From Candidatus Methanomethylicia archaeon (GTDB lineage Archaea > Thermoproteota > Methanomethylicia > Nezhaarchaeales > B40-G2), in NCBI GenBank assembly GCA_029259155.1, contig JAPDJI010000006.1:24470-88469 (forward strand): a stretch of 64,000 nucleotides of DNA, read 5' to 3'. Both the position numbers and the translations under genes were made by a program. The first letter of the stretch is position 1. Every line of letters starts with the position of its first letter. Below, one piece after another: positions 9,368-18,473 of this stretch. The notes beneath the pieces were generated by a model. That model did not search any database and was not told the DNA's origin. It was given only the letters and a program-made list of their open reading frames with translations.

Positions 9368-10396
9368 TTAAAGCGCCTTTGTCTTAACTTTCTTCTTCAC
9401 TCTTTTGGTAGCTTCAACCATTACTTTCAGCTTGGCTATGGCTATGAGGTGGCCTACATCGTCTTTGAAGTATGACTTAAGCCCCCCAAACCCACAGTCA
9501 GGGTGTATGAGAAGCCGGTCGTATCCGTATATTTCTCCAGCCTTATCGATGAAGGCTTCCACTTCATCTACGCTCTCAACCGCCTCGCTCCAGGCTTTAC
9601 GTCCGGCAGCTACGTCCAACATTAACTGAGGGTCTGGATTTGAATCTACGCATCCTAGCCCTAAGATCTTATCATAACCCTCCAGTTTTTTCCTATCATA
9701 AGCTTCGAGGTTTTGCGGAGTTGCCTTAAACGCATGGCTAAGTACTGGGAAACCTGACCTTAACAGTAGGTCGGCCACAGGCTGGGCGTCGCCACAGCAG
9801 TGAAGGGACGGAATGGCTCTTGAGAAGGCTTTCACCACTTTATCCAACGCCTCTAATATGACGTCCTCCTTCAAGCCAGCGTAGAGAGCATAAGGCAGGA
9901 CAGGCTCGTCTATGGTTATAATCCTGGCCCCCCCTTCATCATATCCCTTAACTATAGAGGCAACGACGTCTGCTAAAGCCAATACCACGTCTGGGTACTC
10001 CACAGCTCTATGTTCCTTCGTGACCTTAATCACTGACGCTAACGTAACTGGGCCTGTAACCGGAACTTTTAGGCCTATCACTTTCCCCATCATCCCGCTC
10101 TTGGAGAGGTGCTCCATCGCTAAGTCGAGGTACTCTAAGCCAATAGGCTTAGCTGGAGTTTTAGGTTCTCCTACAAGCCAAACTTCACCTTCCCTTATCT
10201 CTACTCCACAACCCTGCTCAGCTAGTGGCTCGAGGAACATAAGGTTCATGTCGAGGAGTTGGCCGTAACATGGATAATCTATCCCTGCCTCTACCTGATC
10301 TCTCAAGGCTCGAGCCATGTTTTCGTAGGAGTGAGGTAGAGGAAAGCTCCCTATCACTGTGGTTCTAAGCTTCCCGTAAAGCTCCTCCACCTTCAA
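9368..10396 (-). CDS. Cobalamin-independent 'core' methionine synthase (single-domain MetE-like)
   Basis: TTVIGSFP, TGPVTLA, IDEP, HCCG, PDCGFG. Confidence 0.82.
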   Translation of the reverse strand: MKVEELYGKLRTTVIGSFPLPHSYENMARALRDQVEAGIDYPCYGQLLDMNLMFLEPLAEQGCGVEIREGEVWLVGEPKTPAKPIGLEYLDLAMEHLSKSGMMGKVIGLKVPVTGPVTLASVIKVTKEHRAVEYPDVVLALADVVASIVKGYDEGGARIITIDEPVLPYALYAGLKEDVILEALDKVVKAFSRAIPSLHCCGDAQPVADLLLRSGFPVLSHAFKATPQNLEAYDRKKLEGYDKILGLGCVDSNPDPQLMLDVAAGRKAWSEAVESVDEVEAFIDKAGEIYGYDRLLIHPDCGFGGLKSYFKDDVGHLIAIAKLKVMVEATKRVKKKVKTKAL

Positions 10397-10980
10397 CTCT
10401 CTACCCCTGCGATGTCTGCTATAGCTCTAAGCAACTTAGCTTTGCAGACCTCGCAGAACTCCGAGGTCTTATAATCGGTGTCAGCTATGGTGTTACTGAA
10501 CCTCATCACGCAGGTTGGGTTATGGCAATGGTTTAGCCCCAGCGTATGTCCAAGCTCGTGTACAGCTTCCTTCAAGGCTCTCTCCATAAATAACTCCTCA
10601 TCAACTCCTCCATACAGGCTTGCTTTGAGCCTAGCTAGGTATATGACGGCGTAGTTTCCCCTTACCTCGGCCTCACCGAAGACAAAGTTTAAGCCAGGGA
10701 CGTAGGCATCTACATCAGCTACTCCTAGCACCTTTACGTCCGGCGGCTTAGGGCCGTGAAGCTCCTTTAACGCTTTCATTATCGCCGGTGATAGGTATTG
10801 GTGTCTCCACTCATCGAAAGCCCATGCAGGTAGGTCGAGAACTTCCTCAGCCACCACGCAGGCGGAGCTCGGTATCCTTACTTCCACTCCTCTACTTAGG
10901 TAATCGAGGACTTCCTTGTTTATCTTGCCTATGGGTTGAAGAAACACCGTTATCCAAGCAGCTTTCACACCCCTGAGCAT
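10393..10980 (-). CDS. amzA: Archaemetzincin zinc metalloprotease
   Basis: HELGHTLGLNHC..P.CVM.FS....D.K....C..C. Confidence 0.93.
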   Translation of the reverse strand: MLRGVKAAWITVFLQPIGKINKEVLDYLSRGVEVRIPSSACVVAEEVLDLPAWAFDEWRHQYLSPAIMKALKELHGPKPPDVKVLGVADVDAYVPGLNFVFGEAEVRGNYAVIYLARLKASLYGGVDEELFMERALKEAVHELGHTLGLNHCHNPTCVMRFSNTIADTDYKTSEFCEVCKAKLLRAIADIAGVES

Positions 10981-10984
10981 CTTT

Positions 10985-12073
10985 TTACCTCCAAACTCCA
11001 GGCCAGTAAGGCGATAGCAGCCGCTTCACCGTGTTGATGGTATCGTCTACGCGGTTTAGCACCCATTTATCCTCAAGTATAACGTCGTCCTTCACGCTCA
11101 CCTCTTCTACTCCTGCCAGCACGGCGGTGGCCAAGTAAAATGCCCTAGCCGCTGCTTCAACGTCATATCCGCCAGCGAGCTCTATCATTACGCGGCCCTC
11201 ACATATTTCATCGCTCGCTGAAGCTATTAATCTTGCTACTTCGATGTAACAGCTCATGGTTAGGTCGAGGGAGGTCAAGGGATCGCTGTAGTAGGTATCT
11301 GCGCCTAGAAGGAGAAACAACATGTCAGGTTTAAACGCCTTAAATAAGGGTAGGAAGAGCTCTTTGAGGGCTTTCAAGTATGCTTGGTTAGAGGTCCCTG
11401 GAGGTAAAGGTATGTTTACCGTGAAGCCTCTACCCTCGCCTTCACCTATCTCCTCAGCTCTGCCCGTGCCTGGATAGAGGGTTCTTGGGTCTTGGTGAAG
11501 CGACATGTAGAGCACAGAAGGGTCTTCATAGAAGATCTCATGGATGCCGTTGCCGTGATGAGCATCGCAGTCGAGGACGAATACCTTTGAGGCCAAGCCT
11601 TTACGTTGAACATACCTTATAGCTACAGCCTCCTGATTAAAATAACAAAATCCGAAGGATTTACCTACGTGGCTTCTCGTAGCGTGGTGGCCACCAAACA
11701 TCGCGCACTGGACCGCTACGTTAAGCTCGCCCTTCAACACCATCTCGCACCCCTGCATTACCCCGCCTGTCTGTATCAAAGCCCTCTCGTAGGTTCCTGG
11801 AGGCACGGGAGTATCTCCATCAAGCCATCCACCTCTAACGCTAAGGAACTTTATGGCATCCAGCAACGACCTATCATGAACAGCTAGAAGGTTCTCCTCC
11901 GTCGCTACTAAGCTAGTCTCCACCACCCTCACGTTTGGTCGTTCAAGTATTCTGTTCTCCCTAAGGAGTTTCATGTATGCTTCATGGCGCTCCCTACCCT
12001 TAAAGGGATGTAGCTCCCCGAAACTATGTTGAAGCAGCTCCTCTCTATGGAGAATGCCAAGCCTCCGTTTCAT
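10985..12073 (-). CDS. Histone deacetylase / AcuC-family deacetylase
   Basis: GGHHA, GFCYFN, DCDAHHGNG, SLHQDP..YPGTG, GADT, GGY. Confidence 0.93.
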   Translation of the reverse strand: MKRRLGILHREELLQHSFGELHPFKGRERHEAYMKLLRENRILERPNVRVVETSLVATEENLLAVHDRSLLDAIKFLSVRGGWLDGDTPVPPGTYERALIQTGGVMQGCEMVLKGELNVAVQCAMFGGHHATRSHVGKSFGFCYFNQEAVAIRYVQRKGLASKVFVLDCDAHHGNGIHEIFYEDPSVLYMSLHQDPRTLYPGTGRAEEIGEGEGRGFTVNIPLPPGTSNQAYLKALKELFLPLFKAFKPDMLFLLLGADTYYSDPLTSLDLTMSCYIEVARLIASASDEICEGRVMIELAGGYDVEAAARAFYLATAVLAGVEEVSVKDDVILEDKWVLNRVDDTINTVKRLLSPYWPGVWR

Positions 12074-12788
12074 CGACGCTCACAACCCACCTAGACTACG
12101 CTCAATTTAAGCCTTAGTAGTGGTGAAGGCTAAAGCTTTCTAGCTTGCCTAGGAAGAGGTTAAAAGTACGCTGTTCTCGCATAAAGCTGCAAGGGTCCCA
12201 AAGATACGTACACGTATCCGTTAAGGGTGACTGACGTATCGATGAATTGATGGATTGAAAGATACATGTAACGCAACCGCATAGGAGAGCGAAAAACGGA
12301 AACCAGGCCCATAACCCATTAAGGAGAAAAAAATTCTCCTTAGCGATTGGTTAGACCGCTCTAAACGACCTGTTCAGATCGTTTTCAAGACAGCCTTTCC
12401 ACCAGCCGACCATATAAGGTCTAGCTCTCTAATAACCTACCCGGTTATGGCCAAAAACGTGAATGGCATTTATTCTTCCCTAGTATAGAAACGTTCCTTC
12501 AGAATTTATACTAGAATATAAGTTTCTATGTATAATTTTTCATGTAATTATGGAACCATAATCCCCCCACTCTGGTGTAAACTATTCTGCCTTTTTCCTT
12601 AGAGTGTTATAGTCTATTGAGCGGTCTGGAAACCTTGAAGAGGGATCGCCATGAACTTAAGCTTCAAGCCGGAGGAGGTTTTGTACAATGAGGTCGTCGA
12701 GTTAATGGTGAGTGGGGATTTAACTGGCTTCTAGGAGGACGTTAAAGCTTATTAATTTAGAACTTCATTCTATCGAAGGGTCACAAGC

Positions 12789-13571
12789 TTGTTAAAGGCC
12801 CTACTCAAACTACTACGGATTTACCCACTGTATGAGAAGTGGCTATGGCATCAGGTTAAAGGTAAACCTATACCTCAACACATAGGAGTTATCCTGGATG
12901 GCAACCGTAGGTGGGCTCAGAACAGGCTATACAAGCCGTGGCTAGGCCACTTTTACGGTGCCGATAAGGCAGAGGAGCTCTTAGACTGGTGTTTGAAGCT
13001 GGGTGTGAAGACATTAACGCTCTACGCTTTTTCAACCGAGAACTTCGAGAGGCCTCCTAATGAGGTGGAGGCTATCTTCAAGGTGATAGAGGAGAAGCTG
13101 CTTAAACTGACGGATGATCCTAGGATCTATAGACATAAAGTAAAGGTTAAACTGCTTGGGAGGCGCGACCTCCTACCACCTAACCTTAGGAGGCTTTTCG
13201 AGGAAGTTGAACGTAAAACCGAAAACTTTGACCAACACTTCCTCAACATAGCTGTAGCCTATGGAGGGAGAGCTGAGATAGCTGACGCTGTCAAACGTAT
13301 AGCTGAGGCAGTGGCGCGAGGAGAGATTGCGCCTGAGGAGGTGGACGAGGAGCTCATAGAACGCCACCTATACACGGCACATCTGCCCAACCCACACCCA
13401 GACCTTATCATAAGGACATCGGGTGAGGAGCGGCTTAGCGGCTTTCTCCTATGGCAGTCAGCGTACAGTGAACTATGTTTTCTCGATGTCTACTGGCCGG
13501 AGTTTAGGAAGATAGACCTCCTTAGAGCAATAAGGGTATATCAGTCTAGGCAACGGAGATTTGGACGCTGA
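12789..13571 (+). CDS. uppS: cis-prenyltransferase (polyprenyl diphosphate synthase)
   Basis: HIGVILDGNRRWA, YAFSTENF, YGGRAEI, PDLIIRTSGEERLSGFLLWQ. Confidence 0.96.
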   Translation: MLKALLKLLRIYPLYEKWLWHQVKGKPIPQHIGVILDGNRRWAQNRLYKPWLGHFYGADKAEELLDWCLKLGVKTLTLYAFSTENFERPPNEVEAIFKVIEEKLLKLTDDPRIYRHKVKVKLLGRRDLLPPNLRRLFEEVERKTENFDQHFLNIAVAYGGRAEIADAVKRIAEAVARGEIAPEEVDEELIERHLYTAHLPNPHPDLIIRTSGEERLSGFLLWQSAYSELCFLDVYWPEFRKIDLLRAIRVYQSRQRRFGR

Positions 13572-13600
13572 GAAAGCCTCAGATTCGGCCCTGACCATAC

Positions 13601-14029
13601 CTACCTTAAAATGTGCGCCACTTCAACTCCAAGCTTCTGAAGATACCTCGCTATGAAGCGTCTATGACAACCTCTAGGGTTCTCCTCCAGACAGAGGAGA
13701 CAGGTACGTTTTTGGCTCGCTAACTTTAACAGCTCTTTTATTCCGTCCTTAAAGCTCTTCGTATCCATGTAGCGTTCAAAGCCTCCGCGACGGTAGCCTC
13801 CAAGCCTATCTCCCATCCATACATAGCTTATCCCAGCTTCCTTAAGCCACCGCTCCATGTTCTCTCGCGCGAAGTCACCCTGCTTGGACTTGGGCCACCT
13901 CCTGATGTCTACGACTAGCTCTATTCCACTGGCTTTCAACATGCTTAAGACTCGCTCGCGGCTACGTGAGCCATAGCCTATGGTCCAAATTTTCAAAGCT
14001 CTCTCCGTCAATGTCCTGCTCAAATACAT
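13601..14029 (-). CDS. DUF488-family protein
   Basis: WTIGY, VDIRRWP.S, LGGYR, LLCLE..P..CHR. Confidence 0.88.
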   Translation of the reverse strand: MYLSRTLTERALKIWTIGYGSRSRERVLSMLKASGIELVVDIRRWPKSKQGDFARENMERWLKEAGISYVWMGDRLGGYRRGGFERYMDTKSFKDGIKELLKLASQKRTCLLCLEENPRGCHRRFIARYLQKLGVEVAHILR

Positions 14030-14117
14030 AATATATGGGCTTCACTAATCCTTTTCCTCTGCGTAGCCCTTAAACATGAGCTGTCTTTTACTATGAGCGA
14101 GATACTGGTGGTTTATC

Positions 14118-14732
14118 TTGGACCTCTGGGAGGCTATAAAAACGAGGAGGAGTATCCGTAAGCTTACAGGGGAGTTAAGCTTCAGCAGCCTCCTTAAACC
14201 TTTGGAAGCGGCTAGATGGGCTCCTAGCGCTCATAATGCTCAGCCATGGAGGTTTCTTCTAATTTTAGATCCTCAAGTTAAAAGAAGCTTGGCTGAAGCT
14301 ATGGCTGAAGCTTGGGTCAAGGACCTCATAGCCGACGGCGTAGAGAAAGAAGCCGCTGAGAAGGCAGCTTATAGGTCGGTGATGATGATTGTCAGTAGCC
14401 CAGTTGCTATAGTTGTCTGTTTAACCATGGAAGATATGCAGAAATATCCTGATGAGCGTAGGAGGAGGGCTGAATATTTAATGGCGGTTCAAAGCGTTGC
14501 GGCAGCCGCGCAGAACCTGCTTTTAGCGCTACATGCTGAAGGTCTGGGTGCATGCTGGCTTTGTGCCCCGCTATTTTGCCAGGAAGCTGTTAGAGGGGCT
14601 CTCGGGATCCCAAGCGACGTAGAGCCGCAGGCCTTGGTAATTGTAGGGCGTCCAGCCGAATCCCCCCTCCCCCCGCCTAGGAGGCAGTTAAATGAGGTGT
14701 TGTTCATCAATAGGTGGGGTGTTAAGCCTTGA
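14118..14732 (+). CDS. Nitroreductase, FbiB C-terminal-domain-like (F420 biosynthesis associated)
   Basis: RRSIR, APSAHNAQPWRF, W..DL..DG, YPDERR..AE..MA.QS, GLGACW.CAPLFC; overlaps cofD. Confidence 0.85.
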   Translation: MDLWEAIKTRRSIRKLTGELSFSSLLKPLEAARWAPSAHNAQPWRFLLILDPQVKRSLAEAMAEAWVKDLIADGVEKEAAEKAAYRSVMMIVSSPVAIVVCLTMEDMQKYPDERRRRAEYLMAVQSVAAAAQNLLLALHAEGLGACWLCAPLFCQEAVRGALGIPSDVEPQALVIVGRPAESPLPPPRRQLNEVLFINRWGVKP

Positions 14733-15658
14733 TAACGGCGTTGGCAGGTGGTGTAGGAGCCTCAAAGCTCCTTAGAGGCTTGGTGGAGGTGGTGGATCCC
14801 AGAGAGCTCACGGTGATAGTGAATACCGGGGATGATATAGATCTCTTCGGCCTCTATATCTCACCTGACGTGGATATAGTCACATACACCTTAGCCGGCT
14901 TGGTGGATGAGGAGAAGGGTTGGGGTTTCAAGGATGATACCTTCCACTGTCTTGAAACGCTGAAGCTTTATGGTTACGATACGTGGTTTAAGCTTGGCGA
15001 CCGCGACTTAGCCACCCACATCCATAGGACCTTGTTGATGAAGGCTGGTTTAACGCTGTCTCAAGCCACTGCTATGATCTCTAAAGCGTTAGGAGTGCGC
15101 TCTAAGATACTGCCGATGAGTAACGATAGGGTCACCTCTATGGTCAAGACGGACCGTGGCGTGATGACTTTTGAGGAGTACTTGGTCAAGCATAGCATGG
15201 TCCCTGAAGTACGAGATGTGTTCTACGCAGGGGTCGAGGATGCTAAACCTGCTCCAGGAGTGGTTGAAGCGTTGGAGGAGGCTAAGGTTATCGTGATATG
15301 TCCAAGCAACCCTGTGGTCAGCATAGGTCCTATACTATCTATCCGAGGTGTACGTGATGCTCTGCGACGTGCTCAGGCTAGGATAGTGGCGGTATCTCCA
15401 ATTATAGGCGGCAGGCCTGTAAAGGGGCCAGCTGACAAATTGATGAGAGCATTAGGAGTAGAGGTATCAGCTTACGGAGTGGCTGAAATGTACAGGGATT
15501 TTCTGGATATCATGTTAATAGACGAGGCGGACGTTAAGCTTAGACCGAGGATAGAGACGCTGGGCATTAAGGTTGCGGCCACCTCGACCTTAATGAAGAG
15601 CCTCGAAGATAAAATTAGGCTAGCCAGGTTAGTCCTTAAGGAAGGGCTTAAGCATTAA
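14729..15658 (+). CDS. cofD: 2-phospho-L-lactate transferase
   Basis: LAGGVGASK, VNTGDD, ISPDVD, LGDRDLATH, PSNPVVSIGPIL, KGPA. Confidence 0.96.
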   Translation: MITALAGGVGASKLLRGLVEVVDPRELTVIVNTGDDIDLFGLYISPDVDIVTYTLAGLVDEEKGWGFKDDTFHCLETLKLYGYDTWFKLGDRDLATHIHRTLLMKAGLTLSQATAMISKALGVRSKILPMSNDRVTSMVKTDRGVMTFEEYLVKHSMVPEVRDVFYAGVEDAKPAPGVVEALEEAKVIVICPSNPVVSIGPILSIRGVRDALRRAQARIVAVSPIIGGRPVKGPADKLMRALGVEVSAYGVAEMYRDFLDIMLIDEADVKLRPRIETLGIKVAATSTLMKSLEDKIRLARLVLKEGLKH

Positions 15659-15790
15659 CGTGAAAGCCCCTCCAGAATGGAAACTAGGTACTCCTTAAAC
15701 TTCTTGAATAATGCTCTTCCAGCCTTGGTTGGGTAGCACCTCTAACCGTTATGTTCTATGAAGGGCATGTCCAGTATTGATGCTCTCTTT
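15656..15790 (-). pseudogene. Possible remnant of a winged-helix regulator C-terminus
   Basis: ILDMPFIEHNG*RCYPTKAGRALFKKFKEYL resembles the Y..T.KG..L wing/helix; internal stop. Confidence 0.3.
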
Positions 15791-15865
15791 ACTTGGAAAT
15801 CCGCCTTGCTTGAAGCATGAGTAAAAGAATAAAGTTAAAAGTAGCCTACCTGTTAGCTGGGCTCC

Positions 15866-16510
15866 ATGTTGAAGGTTTTTGCTGCTGTCCCGGTTAAGGA
15901 GCTATCTTCAGCCAAGACTAGGCTATCTAAGTTACTATCCCCCGACTTCAAGGAGGTCTTTGTCTTAGCTATGTTGAGAGACGTATTGGATGCTTTAATG
16001 TCATCGAGCTCCCTGAGTGAAGTGATGGTGATTTCCTCAGACCCTGAAATATTAGAGGAGGCTTCAAGGCGAGGAGCCGTAGGGATCGATGAAGGGGAGC
16101 CTAGAGGGATCAATGAGGCTTTAAGGTTGGCGGTCGATGAGGCCTTAAGACGGGGCGCTGAGGCATTGCTTATCGTGCCGTGCGATGTCCCTCTCATTAA
16201 GGCCTCAGACATAGAAAAGTTGATGAGCTTCTTGGAGCCCCCTCCTTCCATGGTTATTTCCCCCTCAAAAAATAGGGAAGGTACCAATGCTTTGCTCCTG
16301 GCTCCCCCGAACGTCATAGCTCTTCGTTTTGGCCCTCAAAGTTTCCAGAACCATTTAGAGGAGGCGTCTTTAAGAGGGGTCAACGTAAAGATCTACGAGT
16401 CTTCAAGCCTGGCGCTGGATATAGATGAGGAGGAAGACCTTCAGATCCTAAAGCGGATGAAGGGAGAGGGACGTGTCATAGCTCTCCTAGAGTCTTTTGG
16501 TTTTCGATAA
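15866..16510 (+). CDS. cofC: 2-phospho-L-lactate/PEP guanylyltransferase
   Basis: VPVK...AKTRLS, AMLRDVL, PCDVP, GTNAL, FG..SF..H, DIDEEEDL. Confidence 0.95.
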   Translation: MLKVFAAVPVKELSSAKTRLSKLLSPDFKEVFVLAMLRDVLDALMSSSSLSEVMVISSDPEILEEASRRGAVGIDEGEPRGINEALRLAVDEALRRGAEALLIVPCDVPLIKASDIEKLMSFLEPPPSMVISPSKNREGTNALLLAPPNVIALRFGPQSFQNHLEEASLRGVNVKIYESSSLALDIDEEEDLQILKRMKGEGRVIALLESFGFR

Positions 16511-16603
16511 CTCTTTGATGTAACCAGCAGGGCGTTTTGGTCCCGGGACACTTTTTAAAGAGCCTTCTACGTAACAAGTTTTGACGGTTGGAGGCGCGGT
16601 GTT

Positions 16604-17059
16604 TTGGAGAAGCGGATGAGTTGGGACGAGTACTTTATGGAGATGGCCAAGCTGGTCAGTAAGCGTAGTACCTGTTTAAGGAGGCATACGGGCGCTGTGC
16701 TCGTGAAGGATAACCGTATAATTGCTACTGGCTATAATGGAGCCCCTAAAGGGTTACCCCACTGCGCGGAGGTTGGCTGTATGAGGGAGGCTTTAAAGGT
16801 GCCTTCAGGTCAGCGACATGAGCTCTGTAGAGGGCTACATGCGGAGCAGAACGCCATTATTCAGGCAGCGGTGTTCGGCGTAAGCACTAGGGGCGCTACG
16901 CTGTACACTACGACCTATCCCTGCGTGATATGCGCCAAGATGATTATTAATGCCGAGATCGGGGAGGTAGTGTACGATGACGACTACGAGGACGACTTAG
17001 CCAAGCGAATGCTCAGCGAGGCGAGGATTAAGGTTAGGAGGTTTAAGACACGACGCTAG
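16604..17059 (+). CDS. dCMP deaminase (ComEB-like)
   Basis: SWDEYFM, RSTC, TGYNG, HAEQNA, PCVIC. Confidence 0.93.
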   Translation: MEKRMSWDEYFMEMAKLVSKRSTCLRRHTGAVLVKDNRIIATGYNGAPKGLPHCAEVGCMREALKVPSGQRHELCRGLHAEQNAIIQAAVFGVSTRGATLYTTTYPCVICAKMIINAEIGEVVYDDDYEDDLAKRMLSEARIKVRRFKTRR

Positions 17060-18473
17060 CAGCCCGCTCCGCTGCCTCGATCAACGGGTCTGGATGTAGG
17101 CCTAGGGCGAGGCAGATCAAGGCCAGGGCGAACATGGGTATTAGCATGGCGAACGATACTCTAACCCTCCCCAGCCTCCTGCGGGTCAACATGACTCGGT
17201 TGATAAAGCGGAGCCAAGCAGCTGAGAACACCGCCATCATCACCGCTGCGGCCACGGTGGGCGCCAGTAGCCCCACGTCGACCCCGGCCATGTAAATGAG
17301 GAGCTCGCTCACGAATATGTTCAGGCCAGGGATGCCGATGATGGATAAGGAACCTATAAGTCCCGCTGCGCTAGCCTCAGGCATGAACCATAGCATGTCG
17401 CCCAGCGTCCTAATGTTCCTGACCTTCACCTCATGGACTATGCAACCAGCGTAGAGGAAGAGGAGGCTCTTCACTATCTCATGGTTCAAGGTGTGAGCCA
17501 CTGCTGCTACAGCCGCTCCGTGAGCGAAGAGGCCTAGGGCGAAGACCACTAAGCCCATCTCGTTGATGCTTGAGTAAGCCATGAAGCGCTTGATGTCAAG
17601 CTGAGAGAAGGATAGAATGGCTGTGTAGCTAAGCATCGCAAGCCCACATCCCCACACTAGCCAGCTAACTGACCTCAATGACTCTAGGCTCCAGCAGCCA
17701 TACAATATCCTTAGGAAGCCGTAGGCCGCGACCTCTATCATCAACCCTGATAGCATGGCGCTGACGGGTGCGGGTGCTTCTGAGTGAGCATCAGGGAGCC
17801 ATACGTGAAGCAGGGGGATCACGCCCATCTTAATCAGTAAGCCTATGGACACGGAGGCCGCTGCGAAGACTTCAAGGGGGCTGTCTAGGCCAAGTTCCTT
17901 CACGGCCAGGAGGTTAAAGGTCCCCTTTAAGGCGTAGAGCGATAGCAGGCCGAAGAGGAGGGTTGTTGAGGCCACGTGGGAGATGAGTAAGTATAGCATC
18001 GCTGCCCTAGGTGCCTCAGCGCCCTCCCCGTAAAGGTGAATGAGGGCGTAAGAAGACCAGACCATGAGCTCCCAGAAGAGGTAGAAGGCTATCATGTCCA
18101 CTGACATCAAGCATCCAATCATGCCTGAGGTGAAGAGCAGGAGGAGGCCGCTGTAGAGCTGAGAGCCGTGCTCCACATACTTAGTGCTGTAGGTTAGGCA
18201 GGCGTGGCTGATGAAGGAGGCTAGTACCACGAAGGCCGCATTAAGCTCGTCGAAGCACAGCAGCCAGCTAAAGGCCAGCGAGCCTCCGTGGCCCCAGGAA
18301 GCCTCGAAGCACGCTCCCCCTTGGAGGTAGAGCTTGGTCGATAAGGTAAGCGCGGCAATCAACGCGGTGAGCGCAGCGGCCCAGGCCGCTGTTGGTGGAA
18401 GCTTACGCGAGCAGAGCGTATTGAAGCAGCCCACGGCAAGGGGGATTAATAGAATTAAGGCAGCCTCAAACAT
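17043..18473 (-). CDS. Proton-conducting antiporter-like subunit, NuoM/MrpD-type
   Basis: [32 protein letters not shown] (TM12 Glu). Confidence 0.9.
   Translation of the reverse strand: MFEAALILLIPLAVGCFNTLCSRKLPPTAAWAAALTALIAALTLSTKLYLQGGACFEASWGHGGSLAFSWLLCFDELNAAFVVLASFISHACLTYSTKYVEHGSQLYSGLLLLFTSGMIGCLMSVDMIAFYLFWELMVWSSYALIHLYGEGAEAPRAAMLYLLISHVASTTLLFGLLSLYALKGTFNLLAVKELGLDSPLEVFAAASVSIGLLIKMGVIPLLHVWLPDAHSEAPAPVSAMLSGLMIEVAAYGFLRILYGCWSLESLRSVSWLVWGCGLAMLSYTAILSFSQLDIKRFMAYSSINEMGLVVFALGLFAHGAAVAAVAHTLNHEIVKSLLFLYAGCIVHEVKVRNIRTLGDMLWFMPEASAAGLIGSLSIIGIPGLNIFVSELLIYMAGVDVGLLAPTVAAAVMMAVFSAAWLRFINRVMLTRRRLGRVRVSFAMLIPMFALALICLALGLHPDPLIEAAERAASVVS
17746..17810. repeat. 65-bp exact direct repeat, copy 1 (copy 2 at 19682-19746)
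   Basis: CCTGATAGCATGGCG...GCCATACGTGAAG identical in both antiporter genes. Confidence 0.9.

Noticed and set aside
12353-12627. 9-bp inverted repeat AGACCGCTC/GAGCGGTCT as MITE ends
   Set aside because: About one such match is expected by chance in 700 bp; no target-site duplication seen
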